Origin: Octopus vulgaris
Taxonomy: Eukaryota
Length of the DNA stretch: 64,000 nucleotides
Assembly: GCA_951406725.2 (NCBI GenBank)
Contig: OX597828.1
Coordinates: 32,922,001-32,986,000 of the forward strand
Reading direction: 5' to 3'
Positions within the stretch are counted from its first letter, which is position 1; every line of letters starts with the position of its first letter. Positions 42,648-56,589 of this stretch are shown piece after piece. A model generated the notes under the pieces. That model had not been told where the DNA came from, did no database searches, and was given only the letters and a program-made list of their open reading frames with translations. The position numbers and the translations under genes are program-made.

Positions 42648-42846
42648 TGAAGAAGAAGAAGAAGAAGAAGAAGAAGAAGAAGAAGAAGAAGAAGAAGAAG
42701 AAGAGGTGAAAGAAGAAGAAGAAGAAGAAGAAGAAGAAGAAGAAGAGGAAAAAGAATCAAAGAAGGAGAAGAGGGTGAGGAAAATAATAATAAGAATAAG
42801 AAGAGGAAAAAGAAGAGGAAGAAGAAAAGAAGAGGAAGAAGAAGAA

Positions 42847-42898
<52 letters not shown>

Positions 42899-42980
42899 GT
42901 GATGGTGATGGTGATGGTGATGGTGATAATGATGATGATGGTGATGATGATGATGATGATGATGATGATGGTGATGATGA
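42648..42980. repeat. (GAA)n/(GAT)n microsatellite
   Basis: Directly visible. Confidence 0.95.
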
Positions 42981-42984
42981 ATAG

Positions 42985-43175
42985 ACTTGACAGAGCAAAA
43001 AATTGATATGACCACAAACCCGAAGGCATCAGTGAAAATGGTAGTACAAAGATCCTGTGGGATTTTATGATTCAACGCGATCATGAGATAGAGGATAGGA
43101 AACCAGACGTAGTCTTAATTGAAAAAGAAAGCAAACTATGCTGGAACATAGATATAGCATGCCCAGCTGACAACT
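42985..43175 (+). mobile_element. R4/Dong-like LINE internal fragment (start of RLE domain)
   Basis: YDHKPEGISENGSTKILWDFMIQRDHEIEDRKPDVVLIEKESKLCWNIDIACPADN. Confidence 0.8.
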
Positions 43176-44040
43176 AGGTGTCAAGGCGAAAGAGAACCGT
43201 TAGAACAAGTAACAGTCTCTAAAACAATACGTATTGGAGGCGATTTGTTCGACTAATCCGTTAAACTAGAGAAAGATAAAAGATTAAAAATACGAGCAGA
43301 AAAGGGTTGACAAACGAAATCTATTTACATCTAGAATGCCTTAAGAGAATGTGAAGTTGTTGCATCATTGAGATGGTTTTGAGTCTTATCAATGTTATAC
43401 AGACTTGCACAGAATTTCAGCTTACAACGTAAGTTTATGTAACTAAATACTGCGGCTATATTTTCTTATGCTCTACAAATTCTATGACCTATGGCGCAGC
43501 ATTTGAAGATAAGAAACGAAAGCAAAGCACAAACGTAGATACAGGAAAACGTCAGATCGAACGTTTGGCAGTCCATCGCAGGGAAACGATTACTCAAATG
43601 GGAGTATGTATGTAAAGTACCTATGCCTAGGCAAGGTCATTTTTGTTCTAACTGACGTGAAACTACTATCGAAGTAATGGATCTTCGATCGTACATTCGT
43701 CTGATCTTTGCATTGCTGTGTTCTTTCTTCCAAAAGTAAAATTATATTTGTGAACATCCAAAAGGTATTGTAGCTGTTATGAAAATATATACGATGTAGC
43801 TAATCCAGTGAAACAAGCAATCTTTATAACTCGTATGAGTGGATCAATAAATGTCATATCGAGATAACATTTCCATCAATTACATTATAGTAAATGTCTA
43901 ACGTATAAAGTGTACTTTTGCAATGTACTATATTTAATTAGGATTTACATCGGTCAAACATATTTGATTAAATATCTCATGTAGTTACCAGAAGACATTC
44001 TCTGTTGTTACCATTCTACCATATATATAAGTCGAAGGAA

Positions 44041-44083
<43 letters not shown>

Positions 44084-44877
44084 CATATATATATAAATGC
44101 ATATAATATATATGTACATATGATATATATATATGTATATATATACATATTGTGTGTATATGTATAAATGGATGGCTTGCGCGCATGTATCTATGAATAT
44201 TTTGAACGGCGAATTAATTCCCTATATACATGTAGTTGTGTGCATATGTGTGTATGGATGTATATATATTTTTTCATTCTTGCTTACATACATATATATA
44301 TATACATATGTATACATGGAGGTAGAAAGAAAGGGTAAATTTTAAATGATGATGATGTGGTGGTGGTGGTGGAGGAGGAGGAGGAGGAGGGGAGCAGGGG
44401 ACTAGCAGCAACAGCAAGATGTGGGGAGCATGCCTTTGGCGGTGCAGGTGTTGGTGGTAATGTGGACAAATATGACGGCACGAAGACGACATTGATAGCA
44501 GGTTCTTGTTTTGGAAGTGCTGCACAAGTCTTTACCGCGACTCTTTGGTTGAGTAAATAGCAAATATGCGTTCTAATTCGCAAAACATAAATAAATGGAA
44601 AATGAAACATACCAGCAACGAAAATATATAAAACTGAGAATGTAAAAGTGGGCATAAATTTATGCGGGAGAATTAGGATGAAAACAAACAGAAATTAAAG
44701 AAATAAAAGGTCGCAGATGCTGTGTCAAATTACAGGCAAACTTCCTAGGAAAATGGATGTGCCTCCAGGATGTTTATTACGACTCGAATTTATTTTGGAG
44801 AATTTTAAACACACATTTATACGCAATAACACACAACTTTATTTCTGCCGGTGTATGTTTGTATATCCATATATATA

Positions 44878-44919
<42 letters not shown>

Positions 44920-44926
<7 letters not shown>

Positions 44927-45502
44927 AATATAGGATAACATTTTTTCGAAAAAAAAATTTTATCAATGGCCAGCATATTAAAAAATACCTTTAAAGGTTA
45001 AAATTATAAACAACTTATAAATAAGGGCAAGCGAAAAAAATTCTAATGCCAAATATGCCGAAATTGGCCATTTTGTCCATAACCATTTAATTTTTCACAA
45101 TACGCACGCTACTCGAAAAAAGGTCAACAGAAATTTCTAAAAAATTCCATTATTACCATATCGGACCGATTTCAGGGTTAGTTCATAAGAACCTTCCCTT
45201 CGTCAGTGATAAATATGGCCAATAAATAAATGAGATACTTACTCATACCCATGGAAGAAGCAAAACACTAAGTCATGAGCACAACTAAGTACCCCAAATA
45301 CATCATAAATAGAAATACTCCAGCCCATTCAAGACACGTGCGATTTGAACTGAGGCTCTCACAGAGTGAGAGTGTCCGGAAGTGAACCCTATTACATTTA
45401 TATTTAATACGTTGTTTATAATTTTAACCTTTAAAGGTATTTTTTTATTTGCTGACCATTGATAAAAAATTTTTTGAAAAATTTTATCCTACATTAAATA
45501 TA
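44920..45502. mobile_element. Foldback cassette: ~100-bp inverted arms around a spacer containing a hammerhead
   Basis: Arms at about 44920-45024 and 45400-45502 (ATACCTTTAAAGGTTAAAATTATAAACAAC and its reverse complement). Confidence 0.8.
45156..45218 (-). ncRNA. Type I hammerhead ribozyme motif with canonical core
   Basis: Minus strand: UAUCA-CUGACGA-AGGGAAGGUUC UUAU GAACUAACCCU-GAAA-UCG-GUC-CGAUAUGG. Confidence 0.75.
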
Positions 45503-46984
45503 AATTCATCACGGGGCTCTTGAATCTCAGTCATATGTGTGCGACATGGTGACCACATATCAGGATGAACAGCGTATGTCTTTGTAGGTGGTGCCCAGTT
45601 AGTATTTCTTTCAGGTCGATTAGCCCTTCCCGCTCGAAATTTCCCTGAATATGGTCATGGTCCAACAAATGACAAGCAAATCTGTGATATTGAGCAGAAT
45701 ATTTTTAATAGCCCGTTATTTACACCAAGACAAACTTGTACATGTTAGCACTCCCAATCTGTTATGCTCAGATGACACGAGAACCCTTGCCTGGTAGTGC
45801 ATCAGATCTATTATAATCATTATTACTATTATTATTTATGTTATTAGACCAACGATATTGTATCATAATTTTATGACAGACGAACTAACTGAAATAAACT
45901 TTATTTATAGTTATATATGCGTACCATAAAATCAGTGGTCTTTGATATCACATATGTTATGAAACAAAGCGTTTGACAAAGAATTAAGTAACTCAAAATT
46001 AAAGAGACTGTTATATTATAAATCTTCAAATTTTAATCTATCTGTCACAGGCCTTCATGAAAAATATTTATGTTTAAATTTTATGAAAGGTGGGCTTCCC
46101 CTCTTTAAAATCTCGGCTTTAAATCAGAGTGTGTAAAACAAGGTTGATATAGACTTTAATAAACTAAACATTTGTAGGGTTTTTCAGTACAGCAATATAT
46201 TTTATCTATATTTCTTAATTAGGACAAAGGAGCTACACAAAAATACCACTAGACATGGAAGCCAAATGTTTCTTAAATATCTTAGCATTTTATAGAAAGA
46301 AGACCATAATTTAACAGTTAGAAATAGTTGATTCGTTATTTGCATGGACACGTCTGTGCACTGACTAAATTGGAGCACGTAAGAAGAAAAACAAGCTCTA
46401 GAACATGAGCAACAACAACAACAACAAAAAACACAACTGTAAAGTCATGGCGTAAGAAGAAGAAAACTCAGCAAAATAAATATAGAATATAAGTGACAGC
46501 ATATTGTGACGTCGTTTAACCGGATCCGAAGATCTTGTCTAATTGGCACATGTTTAACATCTCAAGAGAGGCAACACAAAGACAGAGTGACTGGAAGAAT
46601 TCTAGGATCTCTCAACTTGACACTTTCGCTGACACACATACACACACACACACAATCACAAATAGATATATATATATATACTTATATAAATATAGACGTA
46701 TATATATATATGTGTGTGTGTGTGTAAGTGTGTATGTGTACGAATGTGTGTGTTCAAGTGAGTGTGATTGTGTTCGTTATATGTACAGTGGCCATAAAAT
46801 ACGATAATCTGATTAACAGACACCGCACATTAAACATGAACTAATGATGCGCAAGTCATACCGGGTTTTCTCTCGCTTTCTCTCTTTCTCTTAGGCAGCT
46901 TTATAAAGAAATACTTATAAATGCACATACACGGACGTACACACATGCATGCATACATACATACATATATACATACACACAAAG

Positions 46985-47024
<40 letters not shown>

Positions 47025-47085
47025 ATATATATATATATATAAGCAATAATAAATCTCTGAACGAGATATAAACAGTGACAGCACG

Positions 47086-47347
47086 ATAATGTGAGGTATA
47101 CTTGCCATCTCAATATGGCTAACCGCTAAGGGTGGGTGTTACTGTAGCTTTTAGCCCCAGGAGATCATCGTCTCCAGCTGGCTTTAGGCACACTTTCTAT
47201 GCCCTTATGGTATTTGCAAATACCATAAGCGCACAGAAAGTGTGCCTAAAGCCAGCTAGAAACGATGTTCTCCTGGGGCTACAAGCTACAGTAACACCCA
47301 CCCTTAGCGGTTAGCCATATTGAGATGGCTAGTATACCTCATATTAT
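47086..47347. repeat. 262-bp spacer-less palindrome
   Basis: Centre TTTG|CAAA at 47216/47217; 8 mismatches in 131 bp by manual comparison. Confidence 0.95.
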
Positions 47348-47417
47348 ATATATTATATATATATATATAAATACACCACTGTGCTTCGCATTTATGTGCA
47401 TATTCGTGTATGTATAA

Positions 47418-47862
47418 TGTTGTATTTAGGAATGGTGATTTTGCCAGTTTAGCCAATAAAAACACAGTCACTATATATTTGGCGTTACTTTGCTTCAGCG
47501 TTAGTTACTTTTACATTAATCTTAATCTTATTTCGGCCGGAGTTCTTTCGTCACACTCCTGTGTCCGCATCAGTGGTCCTTTGGCTTCTGCTTCCTTATT
47601 TGTGTGTCTCTCCTTACTAACCGTCAACCATTTTGCATTTCTATTGTATAGCTGACGTTTAGTAAGGAGAGACACACAAATAAGAAAGAAGATAGCAAAC
47701 GACCACTGATGCGGTCACAGGACTGTGACGAAAGAACTCTAGCCGAACGAAGATTAAGATTAATGTAAAAAATAAATAACACTGAAGCAAAGTAAAACCA
47801 AATATATAGTGCGTGTGATTTTATTGGCTAAACTGGCAAAATGACCATTCCTAAATACAACA
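47418..47862. repeat. ~445-bp inverted repeat with 26-bp spacer; each arm carries a hammerhead-like motif
   Basis: Arms 47418-47626 and 47653-47862; motifs at 47535-47578 (-) and 47701-47744 (+). Confidence 0.9.
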
Positions 47863-47927
47863 ATATCTCTTTCAACACACGAATTCACATAAAAAATCTT
47901 GCAAAACAAATATATAAACGTAACAAC

Positions 47928-48046
<119 letters not shown>

Positions 48047-48450
48047 CGTACGTACCTATATATGTATGTATGTATGCATGTATGTATGTATGTATATTTG
48101 TATGTATGTATGTATGTATGTATGTATGTATGTATGTATGTATGTATGTATGTATGTATGTATGTATGTATGGAGTGTTAGGTGTGGTGTACATATATTG
48201 AATATTGAGAAAAAAGGTCGCGAGATTTTTGAAAAAAATCAGATTATTTTTTCCATTATTATCAACATTTTCGTTCGTTTCTCGAACTTTTAGAATTTTG
48301 TTAATAAACAGACAGCTTGCTTGCTCATTTATATAAAACATGTTTTTACGGGGGGAGGGGATTGAAGAGGAGAACATTGTCTTTGTTTTTTGGGGTGAAG
48401 TGCTATGACAATGGTGATATAGATATAGAAAGATAGGTAGGGTATATGTT

Positions 48451-48544
<94 letters not shown>

Positions 48545-48594
48545 GAAGAATTCCACGCCAGGAATTATTCTTTGTGAGCCTAGTACTTATTTTA

Positions 48595-48862
48595 TCTTCC
48601 CGTTTGCCGAACCGCTAAGTTTCGGAAATATAAACACACAAGCATCGGTGGAGTGGGGGGAGGTAAACACAAACAGAAAGGCGCACACACACACATGAAT
48701 ATATACACAAGACAGGTTTCTTTAGGTTTCCATCTAACATCTCCACTCCCAAGTCTTTTGAGGCTATAGTAGATGACGCTCATCCAAGATGCCATGCAGT
48801 GGGACTTAAACCGGGACCACATGGTTGGGAAGTAAGTTTCTTAACACAAAACCACGCCTGCG
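48595..48862 (-). mobile_element. CORE-type SINE (family B), near complete
   Basis: Reverse complement GCGCAGGCGTGGTTTTGTGTTAAGAAAC..GGTCCCGGTTTAAGTCCCACTGCATGGCATCTTGG..CTTAGCGGTTCGGCAAA. Confidence 0.8.
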
Positions 48863-49231
48863 CTCGCATACATACATACATACATACATACATACATACA
48901 CATAAGCTGAGTTTGCATTCATTAGAGATCTAATGAATGCAAATAAATTTATTAATTAATTAACATATTAACCAGCAAAGTATTTTATCTTCTCAAAGAA
49001 GATAAAATAACAAAACATATAGAAAAATATACCTTTGCATTTCAAATACCTAATAAGGGAAACTGTGAAGGTTTTCAGAGGACAATGAAGATTATATTAG
49101 GATACTTTCGGAATATACAGAAAATGTAAAGTGTTCACTATGACATGTTTACTCTTCAAAATTCATGATTTTAAACCAGTGAATCTTGTATAAATATTCC
49201 TATAAGGGGCTTGAATATCCTCCTTGTGACT

Positions 49232-49266
<35 letters not shown>

Positions 49267-49680
49267 TATATATATATAATTTATATATATATATATGTGT
49301 GTGTGTGTATATAGGTATGGTGACGCAAAATGGGGAAATATAAGTCAAATTATGTGTATTTGTATATTTTTTATTATTATTTAACGGACGTGTCAATGTG
49401 TCTCAAGAGTCGAGAGTGTCGTATATTGGTGCTTATGGAACTAGTTACAGGTGGAAGAGTTTTGCGTTTATCTCGCTACTGAGAATTATATTTTTAGCTG
49501 GATTGTTCTAGATCGAATTTTCAAATGGTAATGTCATGCGAATAATTCATGTATTTCAAATAGTTTGCCCGGTATATCGGTAAAGAAGTAAATGCATAAA
49601 TAAGTAAATGAATAAATAAATAAATAACAAAAAGACAGAAAGAAACAAAGAGAGAAAGGGAGAAAATTTATGCGTATCTT

Positions 49681-49713
<33 letters not shown>

Positions 49714-50034
49714 TTATATATATATATATATGAGAGAGAGAGAATGTGTAAATTAGAATTATAGGGATATAGATGTGTATGTATATACATGCGCATATAT
49801 GCATATGCACACACAGAGGTACACACACATACACACACACATATGTATATATATACATATACATATATGTATATATATATATATACACACACACACATAT
49901 ATATACACACGCCAAGTTTCCCTTATTAGGTATTTAAAATGCAAAAGTATATTTTTCTCTATGTTTTGTTATTTTATCTTTGAGAAATGAAACACTTGCT
50001 GGTTAATATGTTGATTAATTAATAAATGTATATG

Positions 50035-50069
<35 letters not shown>

Positions 50070-50149
50070 GAAATAGTGTACATTTAAACACAAGAGAAAG
50101 CTACCTTTAACAGGTAATTTTCACACGCTAGAAGAAGCATCAAAATGAC

Positions 50150-50405
50150 CAAAACCACAACGGCCTCGAACCCACAAGAGTAAATAAGAGAGACTGAGAC
50201 AGGCAGAAACAAGAAAAAGACTACTTCTATTTGAACACTATACACATATTCTTTTAAAACAACTTTCATTTTAATTTTTCCGAATTTTTATTGTTTTCCA
50301 TACTTACAGTTGAAAAAGTCTCAATCAATGAAACCGGTACTGAAATGTTTTTTTATAAAATTATTCAATCATTTTCTATCCTGACTTTCTTTTTCCATAT
50401 ATATT
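50150..50405 (+). mobile_element. pLTR-like repeat with variant hammerhead (50307-50342)
   Basis: CAG-TTGAAAA-AGTCTCAATCAAT-GAAA-CCG-GTA-CTG; homologous to 32880-33140. Confidence 0.65.
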
Positions 50406-50414
50406 GTTGTTGCT

Positions 50415-51118
<704 letters not shown>

Positions 51119-51190
51119 GGAGTAAACACATAAATGTGAAATATAGGTGGAAAAGAGAGTACTCAAATACCAGAGGTAGAGTAATATGTT

Positions 51191-51322
51191 TTATTTAAAA
51201 GCAGCAGAAATTTAACAAAAGCTGTTACTCGGAGTTTCACGTTTTTAACAAAATTGTCCAACGGACGGAAACGTGAAACTCCGAGTAAGAGGTTTTGTTA
51301 AATTTCTGCTGCTTTTAAATAA
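51191..51322. repeat. 54-bp inverted arms with 24-bp spacer between (TA)n runs; hammerhead relic
   Basis: TTATTTAAAAGCAGCAGAAATTTAACAAAA..ACTCGGAGTTTCACGTTT and its reverse complement. Confidence 0.85.
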
Positions 51323-51416
51323 TAATGTATATATATATATATATAGATATATATATATATATATACGCTATAATAGCTTCATTAAGGGATATAGAATATC
51401 CAATGAATTATTGGTT

Positions 51417-51464
<48 letters not shown>

Positions 51465-51466
<2 letters not shown>

Positions 51467-51670
51467 TTGTGTCTCTGTGTTCCCCCACCATCCTTTGATA
51501 GCCGATGCAGGTATGTTTACGACTCGGAACTTAGCGGTTCGGCAAAAGACCCTCGATAGAATAAATACTAGGCTTACAGAGCAATGAAATCCTTGGGTCA
51601 ATTAGTTCAACAAAAGGTGGTGCGACTTTATGGCCGCAGTCAAATGACTGCAACAAGTAAGAGAATAAAA
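51465..51670 (+). mobile_element. 3' half of a family B SINE
   Basis: CTTAGCGGTTCGGCAAAAGAC..CGATAGAATAAATACTAGGCTT..GGCCGCAGTCAAATGACTG; similar copy at 53660-53858. Confidence 0.7.
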
Positions 51671-52289
51671 GAATATATATTTGTGTGTGTGTATGTGTAT
51701 CAATGTATGTATATAAATATATTAGGCTTAAATGCAAACATATATATTAGTCTTGACCACAAGTAAACTAAAAATGGTAGTATGTAAACGCTAATTGGAA
51801 ATACACACCCAATGAATTCCTGCCCAAAGTGTCTGGCTAAGTAGCGTCACCAGTGTTATTTGTTTAATAACTAATGTCGAAGAAACTTTGTAGCTATTTA
51901 ATGGGAGTCCAATTCGTAAATTTGATTACAGTCTTAGAGAAGACTATTTCACAGTATTCCCCAAATCGGATATATTGTATAGAGGAAAAAATTTCAATAA
52001 ATGTCAATCAACTCAACACATGAAGATTGCATTTCAGGAAATATCTAGTGGATCCGTTTCATCTTTCGAATCCGATAATTGGCATATGAGGTTATGCACT
52101 ATTCGACCAGTCTATAATTTCAGATGTGGTTCCAATTTTTCAGTCATTTTCAGCGAATCCGTTGAGTGATCTTGTTAACATTTATGGGTCTGAGGGGGCT
52201 GACCAGATGATTGGATAAAACTTTGATATTCTGTTTATTAATATATATTCTCTCTCTCTCTTTCTCATTCTCGCTCTCACTCTCTCTCT

Positions 52290-52382
<93 letters not shown>

Positions 52383-52403
52383 TAGCAAATATATATATAT
52401 AAA

Positions 52404-52730
52404 TCAAAATAAGGAACACGGATTTCCAGAGGTAATGCTGTACGATCGATTCATACAACTCCATTTAATTGAAGAATGCAATCTCCAAGAAGTTAAGGAA
52501 ATAGACAAAGAACATGTTGTACCTATAGCTGCATAGACATAACTATATTTATTATGCGTAATTGTACTAATGTTTCCATCTGTTCAAATTTGATTAAACT
52601 CTCTGTCTTCGTGCAGCTGAAGATTGCTCTACATTTTAAATTTATATAATAATTGCATTTTTCAATTAAATGGAGTTACATAAAAGGATCGTACTGAATT
52701 AACTCTGGATATCCGTGTTGCTTATTTTGA
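52404..52730. repeat. Foldback cassette with ~80-bp diverged inverted arms between (TA)n runs
   Basis: CAAAATAAGGAACACGGATTTCCAGAG..CTCCATTTAATTGAA versus TTCAATTAAATGGAG..CTCTGGATATCCGTGTTGCTTATTTTG. Confidence 0.8.
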
Positions 52731-52790
52731 AATTGTATGGATAATACCGTACTAAATTCTGGTGCCTCAACTTCAGTACCATATTCATAT

Positions 52791-52828
<38 letters not shown>

Positions 52829-53027
52829 TGAGAGAGAGGGGTAGTGGGAAAGAGAGAGAGAGTACTGTTAAAACAAGGCACTAGTATTTACTGGAAATAG
52901 CAGTCGACACTATAGTGAAGCTTTACTGCGTATATACTGGCAAAGTCATGTGAGTGCAACAAACATGAAAAATGTTGTCTTGCCTCTAGGAAGAATATTA
53001 AATACCTGGACAACCAGGATCAGATAA

Positions 53028-53098
53028 CCCAGTACCTATGTTTCGGCCTCTTCAAATAGGCTTGTCATCGTAAATTTGAATAGTCTTCATCAGCTGGA
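53028..53098 (-). ncRNA. Type I hammerhead ribozyme motif with canonical core
   Basis: Minus strand: UCCAG-CUGAUGA-AGACUAUUCAAAU...AUUUGAAGAGGCC-GAAA-CAUAG-GUA-CUGGG; lies between direct repeats 52860-52936 and 53221-53308. Confidence 0.75.
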
Positions 53099-53308
53099 AT
53101 TACTTGGGCAATATTGGCAGAGAACAGTGTAAAAGGTTTCAGCGAAAAATAAAATAGTGCAATGCAAATGTATTACTTACCAGTAAAATAAGGCACCGTA
53201 AAGGTAGTAGTATAAATATAGAGTAGTTGTAGAACAAGGCACCAATATTTACTGGAAATAGCAGTCGACACATTTACGACGCTATAGTAAAGCTTCGCTG
53301 CGTATATA

Positions 53309-53521
53309 AAAGGGGTGCTGAAAAGTTCCTGGCTTTAAGGGTATCTCGTAAGGCCTTATTGGAGGCTCAATTTTCGAGTTCTTTTAGAGGGCTTAGAACA
53401 AATGAGGAACCATTGCAAAGTGTGTGATTCTGAAAGGGGATTATGTTGAGTAAAATCATAATCAAATGAACCGCCTGTATTTTCTTTATCTCAACGCCAG
53501 GAGCTATCAGCGCCCTCTCTT
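53309..53521 (+). mobile_element. Mariner-derived MITE (partial inverted second copy at about 53861-53938)
   Basis: TIRs AGGGGTGCTGAAAAGTTCCTGGC / GCCAGGAGCTATCAGCGCCCT; internal remnant of a GDYVE* transposase end. Confidence 0.7.
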
Positions 53522-54519
53522 ATACATGAGCATCCAATAATGCTATATTTGTTCCACGTCCTCGCGTTGTTGTGTTTTGTCTTTGTGTTTTCATGTTTGG
53601 ATTAACTTTATATGTATATGTATATGCATATATATACATATATATGTATGTATATTTTGCGTGTCTGTCTTTGTCGCCTCAACATCGCTTGACAACCGAT
53701 GCTGGCTTTTTGGGGCTCCGTACCCTATGGGTTCGACAAAAGAGCCCGATAAAATAAGTACAAGGCTTAGAAGGAATAAGTTCTGGGGACGATTTGGTCA
53801 TGCAAATCGGTCCTCCAGCATGGCTGCATTCAAATGGTTGAAACAAATAAAAGAACTGTAAAAGAACTTGGAATCTTCAGTTCCAAGTCGGCCTTTCGCG
53901 ACAACCTTTAAGCGAGGAACTTATCAGTACGCCCTCGTATATATCTTGTCAAACTCCACCTAAATATCTTTCAAACTTGCGACATGTTACAGAAATACTT
54001 TAACAAGTTTGCCCTTAAAAATCAATACACATAACACGCATATAAACATAAGTAACTGTGGGTAGGTTATCTAAATGAACCCTCGTTTCAGTTTTTAAAC
54101 AAGAAACACTAAACCAGAAACCTGAAACTACTTTAATAAATATATTATATAGTTTAATTATTTATTCATGGTAAGTTTCACTGCACTATTAACAATGATT
54201 AAAAATAATAAAAAAATCGTTTAAAGTATGTAAATCTACCGAGTCGAAAAATTTAACATCAAAGTCTAATATATTGTTAAATAAACAGACTGAAATGGGT
54301 TCAAAGTGACGACATAAGGACCGCTTCCTCTTCAGATAATATAACAACGACATACAGAGAAATCCTCGTGTCTGTAGATATCGTTCATCAAAGAAAGTTG
54401 TTTTACAAATACTCTTTACATAAATATTTTACAAGAATTCATCTTCAAAACCTCTTTAAAAAGTCATCTACTATCATCAAAATTTATATTTAGCAAAATA
54501 ATACATTTATCAATTCATT

Positions 54520-54535
54520 GTTGTTGCTGTTTTTG

Positions 54536-54570
<35 letters not shown>

Positions 54571-54670
54571 GTTATTATTATTGTTATTACTATTATTATT
54601 ATTACTATTATTATTATTATTATTATTACTATTATTATTATTATTATAATTATTATTATTATTATTATTG

Positions 54671-54713
<43 letters not shown>

Positions 54714-54895
54714 TGTTATTGTTGTTGCTCTTAATGTATTTGAAGTTGAATTTTTCGAACACTTACGCATACGTATGTATATATATATACATATATATAA
54801 TATACTTAATTACTATGAATTACTCTTATTACATATATTTTATTTTATGTAAGCTTGTGCGTATATATATTAATGTGTCTGTGTCTGTGTTGTGT

Positions 54896-54950
<55 letters not shown>
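54520..54950. repeat. (TTA)n/(TTG)n and (TG)n microsatellites
   Basis: Directly visible. Confidence 0.9.
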
Positions 54951-54952
<2 letters not shown>

Positions 54953-55255
54953 TTGTATGGAAGTACGTAGGTATTTGGTTGAGGCAATGAGAATATAATA
55001 TTTGTCTAATAAGTTTAGATAAAGCCTCAAAAGTGGTCACAAACATGGCCAAAAATAAAACGTAACTGCATTACAAGCTATATTTGCAGTGAAATAAATA
55101 ATAGTGTGTTTTCTTTATATTTATTAGCATTAGTCATACTGTCTTGCTTGTGTCGACAAAAGTTAAAGCAAAATGTTCATTGTGACCATTCAAAGTTAAT
55201 GCGTTCATTTACAGCTACGAAACAATTGTATTTAAACTCGGAGTTGCATAAAATA

Positions 55256-56454
55256 TTAGGTTGTCAAGAAAGTTCTTGCGGAATTTTGGTTTTAAATTAT
55301 GTATTTTCAAATTAATTTTCGTTAAATTACTTTGACATTATATATCCTTTTAAAACCCGTCTTTCGCTCTGTCTAATCACAAATTCGCACACTTTTCTTA
55401 TTCTTTTTCAAGCTAGGCCGAAATGCTGCTGAAACATGTCGCGATATCAACGATGCGTTTGGCCCAGGAACCACTAATGAATGTACAGCACAATGGTGAT
55501 TCGAGAAATTTCGTAGCCGTGACGAGAGTCTTGAAAAGGATAAGCGTAGTGGTCGTCCATCTGATGTTGACAACGATCAACTAAGAGCCTTAGTTGAAAC
55601 CAATGTACGCACAACGGTTCGACAGCTTGCTTCTGAATTAGACATAATGTATATAAATTCCAACCATTTGAAAGAGATTGGAAAAACAAGAATACTTGAG
55701 AAATGGGTGCCGCACGAATTGAACGACAAGCAAAAAAAATACGCCGTTTTGAAGCGTCGTCTTCCCTTGTTTTATACAACAAGAACGACCAGTTTCTCGA
55801 CTGGATTGTGACTTGTGATGAAAAGTGGATTCTTTACGACAACCGATGAGGCTCAGCTCAGTCGTTGGACGCCGATGAAGCACCACAGCACTTCTCGAAG
55901 CCAAAGTTGCACCAAAGGAAGGTCATAGTGACTGTTTGGTGGTCTGCGGACAGCATCATCGATCACAGGTTTTCGGGTCAAGGCAAAACCATTACGGCTG
56001 AGAAGTACTGTCAGCAAATGGATGAACTGCATAAGAAACTCCGACAACAACGGCCATCATTGGTCAATAGAAAAGGACCATTTCTTCTCCCCAACAACGC
56101 TCGGCCGTACGTCGCACAACTGACGCTGCAGAAGTTGACCGAATTGGGCTACGAAATTCTGCCTCATCCGCCGTACTCACCAGACCTCTCGCTTACCGAC
56201 TACCACCTTTTGAAGCATCTCGACAAGTTCCTGCGTGAGAAATGCTTCAAAAACCAAGACGGTGCCAAACACGATTTCAACGACTTCACCGCCACCAGAA
56301 CGCATGACTTTTAAGCTCCTGACAGGAATTTGTTTCGCATTGCCAAATGTGTATTGATTCTGATGGTGTTTATTTCGATTAATAAAGTTTCGTTTGCGCC
56401 GAGATATGTGCATCTGAATGTATAAAAACCGGAAGAACTTTCTTGACAACCCAA
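55256..56454 (+). mobile_element. Full-length (~1.2 kb) inactive DD34D mariner transposon
   Basis: TIRs TTAGGTTGTCAAGAAAGTTCTTGCGG / CCGGAAGAACTTTCTTGACAACCCAA, with TA on the left. Motifs WVPHEL, IVTCDEKWILYDN, (D>N)NARP..HPPYSPDLSLTDY with 34-residue spacing; stops and frameshifts. Confidence 0.93.
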
Positions 56455-56540
56455 CACTAGAAGCATTGGCAATAGTTATTTTGTAGGGAGGCATGTCCAT
56501 CTATTTATCTACCTTCTATCTATCTCTGTCTGTCCCTCTA

Positions 56541-56575
<35 letters not shown>

Positions 56576-56589
56576 GCCAATCTAATCTA

